Source: an uncultured Gammaproteobacteria bacterium
GTDB lineage: Bacteria; Patescibacteriota; Patescibacteriia; UBA9934; CAZDDW01
Direction of reading: 5' to 3'
Assembly: GCA_965231015.1 (NCBI GenBank)
Contig: OZ246408.1
Coordinates: 396,488 to 460,487, forward strand
Length of the DNA: 64,000 bases
Part shown: one piece after another, positions 56,670 to 64,000 of the stretch
Numbering within the stretch: the stretch's first letter is position 1
How the letters are laid out: each line of letters starts with the position of its first letter
Translations under genes and position numbers: made by a program
Notes under the pieces: model-generated
Seen by the model: only the letters and a program-made list of their open reading frames with translations
Told to the model about the DNA's origin: nothing
Database searches by the model: none

Positions 56670-58151
56670 ATGAGAAGAGTAACGCTACTTATTATAATAA
56701 CTGTTTTTTTGGTTGGTGCTGGTTGTTCGAGTGGCAAGGAAAATGTTTATGTTTCTGAGACTGTAAATTATGCCCCACGGATCTGTGAAGGGAATGTAGA
56801 AAATTTTAGTCAATGGAGAGTTGCTCATGGGGAAGCTATGGGTCAATCAGTTCAGTTAAAAGAGAACGTAACAGTTGATCCCGAAATTGCGATTGATGTA
56901 AAGAAAAAATCAGATGGATATTCCGGAGGGACTGTTGAATCTGAATCTACAAGTTATCAGTATGGTTCATATCGGACAGTATTGAAGGCTTCCGGGGAAC
57001 CAGGAACAGTCACTGGTTTTTTTACATACGCTGTTGATGGTACGGATGTTCATGAAATTGATGTTGAAATTTACGGAGATGATCCAACCAGGGTTAATTT
57101 TGTCTCTCGCGTTGGGGTTAAACCAAACGGAGACGTTGATCCGGCGTATCAAGATGACTTTTGGCATGACCTCGGACGTGACGCAAGTCAAGAATTTATT
57201 GAATATGGATTTGATTGGTACCCGGACAAGGTCGTGTTTTTTGTTGATGGAGAGCATGTAGGAACACTGGACGTGAATGATTATGGTAATAATGTAGTGC
57301 CAAATAAACCAAGCCAGGTTATTATAAACGGTTGGGTTAAAAAAGAAGGGGACAGTGATTATGAGGCTAAGGTTGAGGTTGAATCAGTTTGTTATACCCC
57401 AATGAACAGTAATGATGAATTTGCCATGGAATGTGGGGCGCATTATAACCCTGCTCTGCTGTTTATTAGAAATATCGATGCTTTAGAGGAGGAACCTGAT
57501 ATTTTTGATGACCCAAGGTTTGCTGATAATTTGTTGAACGGACAAGGGTTGTACCCGATCAGTTTTATAAGGTATGGGGAATATAAAGTTAAAATCAAAA
57601 CAGATTCAGGAGGGGATTATAATTGGCAGAGCTTTGGTCTATTTGGCGACACACCTGAATCTTATCCAGTCTGTTCACCGTTGAACGATTCATTTTATAA
57701 TTCATCTTCAATCGTGATGCAAATTTCATCGGTTGATACCAAGCTGACCGTTTCTTCAAATTTCTTAGATGATACGGATATTAAATATACAGAAATAGAT
57801 TTGGGATTTAATCCTGACAACGATTATCACGTTTATGGATTTAATTGGCAATCAGACAGGATTGAATATTTTGTTGATGATAAGGTTGTGTATACAGAAA
57901 AGGATGTTGTGCCCCAAGAAGCAGCGTACTTTAATATTTTCGGAGAGGTAACAGATGGTCCTTGGGATAACATAACCTTTGAATCTGAGGTCTGTGAAGA
58001 TGGTGTAGTTCGACACCATACTGTTAACGGGGAGGTTTATGAGACAAATCAATATTCAGATATGTTGATTAAAGGTATTTGCATTGATCCACTAGAGAAG
58101 CACGAATATATTTATTACGATGCTGAAGGAAATTTATTGGATATCAATTAA
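56670..58151 (+). CDS. lipoprotein with tandem GH16-like (beta-glucanase) domains
   Basis: Lipobox GAGCS; ExDxE motif (EIDVEI); a second, more degenerate GH16-like half. Confidence 0.6.
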   Translation: MRRVTLLIIITVFLVGAGCSSGKENVYVSETVNYAPRICEGNVENFSQWRVAHGEAMGQSVQLKENVTVDPEIAIDVKKKSDGYSGGTVESESTSYQYGSYRTVLKASGEPGTVTGFFTYAVDGTDVHEIDVEIYGDDPTRVNFVSRVGVKPNGDVDPAYQDDFWHDLGRDASQEFIEYGFDWYPDKVVFFVDGEHVGTLDVNDYGNNVVPNKPSQVIINGWVKKEGDSDYEAKVEVESVCYTPMNSNDEFAMECGAHYNPALLFIRNIDALEEEPDIFDDPRFADNLLNGQGLYPISFIRYGEYKVKIKTDSGGDYNWQSFGLFGDTPESYPVCSPLNDSFYNSSSIVMQISSVDTKLTVSSNFLDDTDIKYTEIDLGFNPDNDYHVYGFNWQSDRIEYFVDDKVVYTEKDVVPQEAAYFNIFGEVTDGPWDNITFESEVCEDGVVRHHTVNGEVYETNQYSDMLIKGICIDPLEKHEYIYYDAEGNLLDIN

Positions 58152-58195
58152 CTTCCTTTCCCACTAAATAAACTTTGTGCTATAATTAGCTCATT

Positions 58196-58741
58196 ATGGA
58201 GGATATTACCGCCATGATTGGAGACTTTATGAATTCCATTAACTGGGCACAGCCTAGTTGGGATCTTTTTATTGTTCTCATCTTTGTTATTGCTGCGCTC
58301 ATTTATGGTGTCTCGCTCGGCCGCGACCGTATCATCGTCATCCTGGTTTCAATCTATATGGCGCTCGCAGTAATCAGTTTTGCCCCGGTCATTAACGAGT
58401 TCACAACCACTATTAATATTAACGATTCATTCGCAATTCAGATTACTGCTTTTCTTGGAATATTTATCGCATTATTTTTCTTCTTAAGCCAAAGCGCACT
58501 CATGCGCACAATCGGCTCTAACGCCGCACAGGGACCATGGTGGCAGATTATGATCTTCTCGATTTTACAAGCCGGTCTGTTGGTTTCGGTCACCCTGTCT
58601 TTTTTGCCAGAGGAATCAATCAATACCTTCAACCCCATGACCGTTCAAGTCTTTGCATCTGACACCGCCAGAAGTGCCTGGATCATTGTGCCGATTCTTG
58701 CTATGGCCTTTTTGCCAGGGTTGCGGTATGAGGATGAGTAG
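58196..58741 (+). CDS. hypothetical 4-TM membrane protein (CvpA-like?)
   Basis: hydrophobicity pattern only. Confidence 0.4.
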   Translation: MEDITAMIGDFMNSINWAQPSWDLFIVLIFVIAALIYGVSLGRDRIIVILVSIYMALAVISFAPVINEFTTTININDSFAIQITAFLGIFIALFFFLSQSALMRTIGSNAAQGPWWQIMIFSILQAGLLVSVTLSFLPEESINTFNPMTVQVFASDTARSAWIIVPILAMAFLPGLRYEDE

Positions 58742-58815
58742 TACTCGAGTTTGAACTCGATAAGATGTTACCTTCGCCAAAAGCGGGGGTATTTGTTATC
58801 ATACGATCAACAAAT

Positions 58816-59322
58816 ATGATCGATCGAAAGCGAGAATTTGAGCAATTTTACAGCAAAAATGTGGATCGGATTTACCGATTCGTGTTTTTTCGTGTTCAAA
58901 ATGCCTCGGTTGCTGAAGACCTGACTAGTGAGATTTTTATGAAGGCTTTAAAGGCTTTTGAGAGGTATGATGAAAAAGTTTCAAAGTCGGCCTGGATCTA
59001 CACTATTGCTCGGAATCATTTGGCAAACTACTACCGTGATCAAAAACCAGCTGTCGACATCGAGGAAGTGGCTTACGGACTTGTGGGAGAACGTGGGGAA
59101 GAGACCATGGAAAAAAAGTCGGATCAGATCTTGTTGGGTAAAGCACTCGACGAACTTTCACTCGAAGAACGGCGGCTTGTTACCATGAAGCACTTAGAGG
59201 GGTATTCGTACAAAGAGATGGCAGAAATTTTGGAACGCGGTGACCAAGCCTTGAAGGTGGCCACTCACCGAGCCATGAAAAAACTGCGCGGGGTTATGAA
59301 AACTATTACCGCGACTAACTAG
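58816..59322 (+). CDS. ECF-type RNA polymerase sigma factor
   Basis: sigma-70 regions 2 and 4 motifs. Confidence 0.8.
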   Translation: MIDRKREFEQFYSKNVDRIYRFVFFRVQNASVAEDLTSEIFMKALKAFERYDEKVSKSAWIYTIARNHLANYYRDQKPAVDIEEVAYGLVGERGEETMEKKSDQILLGKALDELSLEERRLVTMKHLEGYSYKEMAEILERGDQALKVATHRAMKKLRGVMKTITATN

Positions 59323-59324
59323 AT

Positions 59325-60041
59325 ATGTTTGGATTAAATCGACAATTGAAAAAGTTGAAACAACGCACTTCGCCAAAAGCCGAGTTCAAGCGTGAACTTT
59401 GGGCTGAGCTCGAGAAGGAGTATGACGAAGCTTATGGACCGCTGCCGTCAACTCGGCCGGCTCGATTGGTGTACCGTTTCGCTGCCGTCGGAGTAGCAGT
59501 TATGGTTTTGTTTGTGACCACCGGAACCGGAGTTTACGCCTATAACTCGCCCGAGGTCAGTGCGGGCCATGCTTTGTTTTTGCTCAAGCAAGGAATCGAA
59601 GGCTTTGAGTGCGGAGTATTTCGTGCACCAGAACGTAAAGCGGCTTGTCATGCTCGCATGATGCAACGTCGTCTGGACGAAGCAGAAATTGAAACCGACC
59701 CCACATTACGAGAGCGTATTCTTGAGCACGCCGCTGATGAGCTTGGAATAAGTGTGGAACAGTTGAGAAAGGAATGGGCTAATCCGGAAAACCGAGATGG
59801 TATAATTGAAGAGCTTTCTGATGAAAACAACCGTTTCATCAAGCTCATGAATCAGCTTCGCCGGCCGGATCCAAAATTTGAAGGCCTAGAGGAGCGTTTC
59901 AACAATATTCGCCAGCAAATTCTTGATTCAGATTTATCACCGGAGCAAAAACAGGAGATATTTCAGGATCAAATTAAACCAATTATGCAAAACCTGAACC
60001 GACCCAGGCCTGCGGTTCAAAAGATAATAAATCAAAACTAA
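59325..60041 (+). CDS. putative membrane-anchored anti-sigma factor (DUF5667-like)
   Basis: single TM after a ~50-aa cytoplasmic segment; position after the ECF sigma factor. Confidence 0.45.
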   Translation: MFGLNRQLKKLKQRTSPKAEFKRELWAELEKEYDEAYGPLPSTRPARLVYRFAAVGVAVMVLFVTTGTGVYAYNSPEVSAGHALFLLKQGIEGFECGVFRAPERKAACHARMMQRRLDEAEIETDPTLRERILEHAADELGISVEQLRKEWANPENRDGIIEELSDENNRFIKLMNQLRRPDPKFEGLEERFNNIRQQILDSDLSPEQKQEIFQDQIKPIMQNLNRPRPAVQKIINQN

Positions 60042-60051
60042 TCTAAAGACT

Positions 60052-61269
60052 ATGCGATCACTTATGATCAAATTACCTCTCTTTACCATGATGGCTATGT
60101 TGGTGGCTACGAGTTTCGCAGCTCCAGTGCAAGCGGCTGAGGGTGAAGACGAGACTACTTATACTGAAGTGAGCTTTGCGGGTATGCTCCGTGAACTTAG
60201 TTCAACCGAAGTTCCAACCACGATTGTGGTCCAGGAAAACGAAACCGAAGAAAATTATACAGTTGATATTGACGAGGAGACTCTCTTTGGGTACGGACTA
60301 TCTGACATTACGAAAATGGAAGATTGGATTACCGGGGACCAGATTCGTGTGATTGGTCTTCAGGACGATAACACCGGTGTGATCAACGCCACAGTGGTGA
60401 TTAATCTATCCATGAAACCGTACCTTTATCGCGGTTTGAATGGTTGGATTACTGACATTGACGAAGATGATTCCACTATGACTATTCAGTGGAACAATAT
60501 CGAACATACCGTTGACGTTACCGAGGATACTCATATGGTAGCCGGCGATTTGAATCCGGCCGCGCTTAGTGACTATGAAATCGAAGACCGAGTTCGTATT
60601 CGAGTTGAACGTGACAGTGACGGCGGAGATGACGCAACCATCATTGTTTTGTTGCGCCGTGGTGACGAAATTTATCTTAAGGCTCGCACCCGTGGTTTCC
60701 AGGCCGAACTTACTGGCATTTCAGGCGAGGAAGGTGATGCAACCTTGACACTCACTTTGCTGGCTAACCCACACCTTCAAGAGGGGGATGTGAATAACCT
60801 GGTTGGAGTTGAAGGTGATACGGTAACTGTGGTAATCGATGAAAACACTAAGTATGTTCGTCGTTTTATGGGGGAGAGTGATTTTGAAGACTTGGCCGTT
60901 GGTGATGAACTTCACATTGTTGGTCGAGTAAACGATGATGAGACCATTACCGCTTGGGTGGTTCGCAACAAAAACTTGTGGACCGCTGTGCCAGTATTTC
61001 ATGTTGGACTTGTCACTGATGTAACAAGCGATAGTGTGTATGTTGACGCCTACAATAACCAATGTGAATTGGCAGCCGAGGGAGTTGTGATCGAGATTGA
61101 TGAAGCAACAACCGTGCTCGACGGAGCCTGGTCTGCCGAACTTGAAGATATCGAAGTCGGTGATTATATCCGTTTACGTGGAACTGTTCACCAAGAACCA
61201 GATTCAATCGATGCTGACGTGGTTATGATCGTCCCGGGTTGGGTTTGCACCGCAGCTCAAGCTGAATAA
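60052..61269 (+). CDS. secreted acidic protein (DUF5666-like), third member of the sigma/anti-sigma triad
   Basis: signal peptide; position. Confidence 0.45.
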   Translation: MRSLMIKLPLFTMMAMLVATSFAAPVQAAEGEDETTYTEVSFAGMLRELSSTEVPTTIVVQENETEENYTVDIDEETLFGYGLSDITKMEDWITGDQIRVIGLQDDNTGVINATVVINLSMKPYLYRGLNGWITDIDEDDSTMTIQWNNIEHTVDVTEDTHMVAGDLNPAALSDYEIEDRVRIRVERDSDGGDDATIIVLLRRGDEIYLKARTRGFQAELTGISGEEGDATLTLTLLANPHLQEGDVNNLVGVEGDTVTVVIDENTKYVRRFMGESDFEDLAVGDELHIVGRVNDDETITAWVVRNKNLWTAVPVFHVGLVTDVTSDSVYVDAYNNQCELAAEGVVIEIDEATTVLDGAWSAELEDIEVGDYIRLRGTVHQEPDSIDADVVMIVPGWVCTAAQAE

Positions 61270-61282
61270 GACGAAATATTGC

Positions 61283-61316
61283 GTAGGGACAAGGCATGCC
61301 TTGTCCCTACTTTTGG
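61283..61316 (+). terminator. intrinsic terminator
   Basis: GTAGGGACAAGG catg CCTTGTCCCTAC + TTTT. Confidence 0.6.
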
Positions 61317-61358
61317 TTCTGGTTTATAGACAAAAAACATGCTAAAATAAGCTTATCT

Positions 61359-62756
61359 ATGAAAGTTTTGCTTTATAACACTCTCACTCACAAAAAAGAG
61401 GAATTTTTACCTATAAAAAAAGGCAAAGTTGGAATTTACACCTGTGGTCCAACGGTTTACTATTTTGCCCACATTGGCAACTTTGTTTCTTTTGTGTTTG
61501 CCGATTTTTTACATCGAATTTTAGAACACGCCGGCTACAAAGTAAAACACGTCATGAATATTACGGATGTGGGACATTTGACGTCAGATGCAGACGAGGG
61601 AGAGGACAAAATGATTCTGGCTATGAAACGGGAAGGGAAGAGTGCTTGGGATATTGCTAAGTTTTATACTAACGCCTTTTTAAAAGATTCAAATCGACTT
61701 AATATTATTCGACCCAAAATTGTAAAAGCCACGGACCACATCAAGGAACAAATCAAGCTCGTAAAAGACCTTGAAGCCAAAGGTTTCACCTACAAAACGT
61801 CTGATGGGGTTTATTTTGATACTTCAAAACTTGATTCTTACGGTCAACTTTCAGGACAAAAGACAGAAGAGAAACAAGCCGGAGCTCGAGTTGAACTTGG
61901 GGAGAAAAAACACGTTACTGATTTTGCCCTGTGGAAATTTTCTCCCAAAAGGGAGCAACGTGATATGGAATGGCAAGCCCCATGGGGCAAAGGTTTTCCA
62001 GGCTGGCATTTAGAGTGTTCGGCCATGTCCGTGAAATACCTCGGCATTCCGTTTGATATTCATACCGGCGGGATTGATCACATCCCGGTGCACCACGAAA
62101 ACGAGTTGGCACAATCTGAAGGTGCGTATGAAGAACTCCAGGCTAACGTGTGGATGCACAATGCTTTTATCACCGTGGATGGACAAAAGATGAGTAAGTC
62201 GCTCGGTAACATTTATACGCTCGATGACATAATCGAAAAAGGGTTCGATCCATTGGCGTACCGGTATCTTTTGTTAAACGCTCACTATCGGAAGGGACTG
62301 AACTTCACTTGGGAAGCGCTTGAGGGAGCGCAAAATGCACTTGATAATTTGCGTGACTTGGCTCGGGACATGGACAAGCCGTCCAAGGTCTCGAGCGAGT
62401 ATGAAGAACGTTTCCACGAAGCGATTTTCAATGACCTTGAAATGCCAAATGCTCTGGCTGTGACCTGGGAAATGGTTAATGATTCAGGTCTTGAGAGCTC
62501 AGTTAAAGCCGCGACCTTGCTCGAGTTCGATAGGGTTTTTGGGCTAAAATTAGCAGAATATGTAGCTAAGCCGCTCAAGGTATCAAAACAGGTTCAGAAG
62601 CTGCTCGATGAAAGGGCAGAAGCTCGCGCCAATAAAGATTGGGCTCGGTCAGATGAACTGCGCGAGGCAATCGTTGAGCTCGGCTACACAGTTGAGGATT
62701 CATCCACTGGGCAGCGCCTGCGTGAGGCAAGAAAATATGCTAAAATAAGAGTATAG
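61359..62756 (+). CDS. cysS: cysteine--tRNA ligase
   Basis: HIGH (FAHIGN) and KMSKS motifs. Confidence 0.9.
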   Translation: MKVLLYNTLTHKKEEFLPIKKGKVGIYTCGPTVYYFAHIGNFVSFVFADFLHRILEHAGYKVKHVMNITDVGHLTSDADEGEDKMILAMKREGKSAWDIAKFYTNAFLKDSNRLNIIRPKIVKATDHIKEQIKLVKDLEAKGFTYKTSDGVYFDTSKLDSYGQLSGQKTEEKQAGARVELGEKKHVTDFALWKFSPKREQRDMEWQAPWGKGFPGWHLECSAMSVKYLGIPFDIHTGGIDHIPVHHENELAQSEGAYEELQANVWMHNAFITVDGQKMSKSLGNIYTLDDIIEKGFDPLAYRYLLLNAHYRKGLNFTWEALEGAQNALDNLRDLARDMDKPSKVSSEYEERFHEAIFNDLEMPNALAVTWEMVNDSGLESSVKAATLLEFDRVFGLKLAEYVAKPLKVSKQVQKLLDERAEARANKDWARSDELREAIVELGYTVEDSSTGQRLREARKYAKIRV

Positions 62757-62757
62757 T

Positions 62758-63261
62758 ATGTCCGAGGAGATTAGGTTGAATGGTGAAAAAGAATTAGGCT
62801 CGCCGGTGGAGACCGGAGAGATTGTTGAGGTTGGAAAAGAAGAGCAGACTCGGAAGGCCAAGGAGGCCAGGAAATCTCGGGAGACTCAGGAAGCACAGGA
62901 GGTATCTCGAAAAACCGCGGTGGCAGCAGACCAAACTCAAGTTGTCGAGCCGGTTAAAGATCCGATTACAACAGAAATCGAAAATATTTTGGCTGGTGAT
63001 TTAACGGACATGTTTTTGAAAATGCCGGCTGACAAACAAACTGCTTTTAAGCGAGCCGGAGAAGAAACCGCTTCAAAAATTAAAGACATAATGGATCAGG
63101 GAAAATTTAAGGCCAGAAAGGTGGTTGATTTAATAAAAAATTGGTTACGTATGATTCCCGGGGTTAATAAATTCTTCTTAGAGCAAGAAGCAAAAATAAA
63201 AACCGATAAAATTATGTTAATGGCGGAACAGAAAAAGAACCGTCAGGACATGGAGGTGTAA
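62758..63261 (+). CDS. hypothetical Lys/Glu-rich protein
   Basis: 167-aa ORF. Confidence 0.45.
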   Translation: MSEEIRLNGEKELGSPVETGEIVEVGKEEQTRKAKEARKSRETQEAQEVSRKTAVAADQTQVVEPVKDPITTEIENILAGDLTDMFLKMPADKQTAFKRAGEETASKIKDIMDQGKFKARKVVDLIKNWLRMIPGVNKFFLEQEAKIKTDKIMLMAEQKKNRQDMEV

Positions 63262-63263
63262 GA

Positions 63264-64000
63264 TGATTCTTTGGCAAGGACAATTTGGTGTTCCTGAGGA
63301 CGAAATAGGACTTGGGGTAGAATTTGACCCAGCCGCAACTGGAGTTGATTTTGTGACTCTCGGGATCGCAGCGCTTTTGGTTGTTTTGGTGGTCGTGGCG
63401 CTTGTTTTTGGCTTGCGAGCGTTTTTACGTTGGCGAAATCGGACCAGTTTTGACCGAGTGGTGGTAATGGTGATGCTGCCGAAGTACCGGAGTGAGGAAG
63501 AAACCAAAAAGACCAGCACCCAAGAAATTCAGGAACAGATTGCTGACGCGGAAACCTTTTTCAGTTCAATCGGCGGGTTAAAGTCACAAAAAGGAATTAT
63601 GCCTTGGTTTACCGGACGCAGTGACGAGATCAGTTTTGAAATTGTTTATACCGATGGGGTGATCAAGTTCTATTATTCAGTTCCGAAACGTCTTCAGAAC
63701 TTCCTGGAGGAACAGCTGTTCAGTCAATACCCGGACGCACATATTGAGATGGCTGAGGATTATAACATCTTTTCACCTACCGGGGTGATTATGGGGTCAT
63801 ATCTAAAGTTTAAGCGTCCCAATGTTTTCCCAATTAAGACCTACAAGAAACTTGAAAACGATCCGTTAAATGCCATTACAAACGCGCTTTCTAAAATTCC
63901 AGAGGATGCCGGAGTGGCAATTCAGTACGTAGTGCGTTCGGCACGCCCTGGTTGGCGCAGTCGAGGCTTATCTATTGCAAAGAACATGCAACAAGGGCTA
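63264..64000 (+). CDS. hypothetical membrane protein (3'-partial, runs off the window)
   Basis: ATG after GGAGGTG; open to the end of the window; not in the ORF track because it is unterminated. Confidence 0.4.

Noticed and set aside
1-64000. Alternative genetic code (for example TGA recoded, as in some CPR lineages)
   Set aside because: Long housekeeping ORFs (dnaK, nrdJ, cysS, rarA) end at TGA, TAA and TAG, with no apparent in-frame TGA inside conserved genes. The single in-frame TAG in the msr remnant is better explained by pseudogenisation.

Overview
This 64 kb window reads as a contiguous chromosomal stretch from a small-genome bacterium, tentatively Patescibacteria/CPR-like. The indicators are many small secreted acidic proteins, DUF5679/DUF378-type small proteins, a class II (B12) ribonucleotide reductase, an S1 protease, and sigma/anti-sigma/secreted triads. 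The standard genetic code appears to be used: TGA, TAA and TAG all terminate long ORFs. The background is moderately AT-rich with many clean intrinsic terminators.

Housekeeping genes I can support include glycerate kinase, class II RNR (nrdJ) plus corrinoid adenosyltransferase, mgtE, rarA, a PBP transpeptidase plus murF, rluB-like, ccdA, a MacAB-type efflux pump, a Kef-type antiporter, cspA, tRNA-Glu(CUC), a CIRCE-controlled hrcA-grpE-dnaK-dnaJ operon, cysS, and an ECF sigma factor.

The most interesting content, in rough order:
1. Two copies of a roughly 150-175 nt conserved intergenic element at 5003-5175 and 11174-11352. Their helices covary, so this is a candidate new cis-regulatory RNA.
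2. A promoter-to-terminator structured ncRNA at about 198-425 with UUCG and GCAA tetraloops.
3. A GC-rich island of three tandem paralogues that look like RelA/SpoT-type HD domains with the catalytic His-Asp dyad lost (16078-18010).
4. A winged-helix gene flanked by a perfect 38-bp direct repeat whose second copy sits in the rarA promoter region.
5. An IS200/RAYT-like HUH transposase bounded by 14-bp inverted repeats.
6. A remnant msrB-msrA fusion pseudogene.
7. Several other GC-rich islands of unknown genes, one abutting the tRNA.
8. A hairpin-rich 670-bp noncoding region upstream of hrcA.

No CRISPR array was seen.
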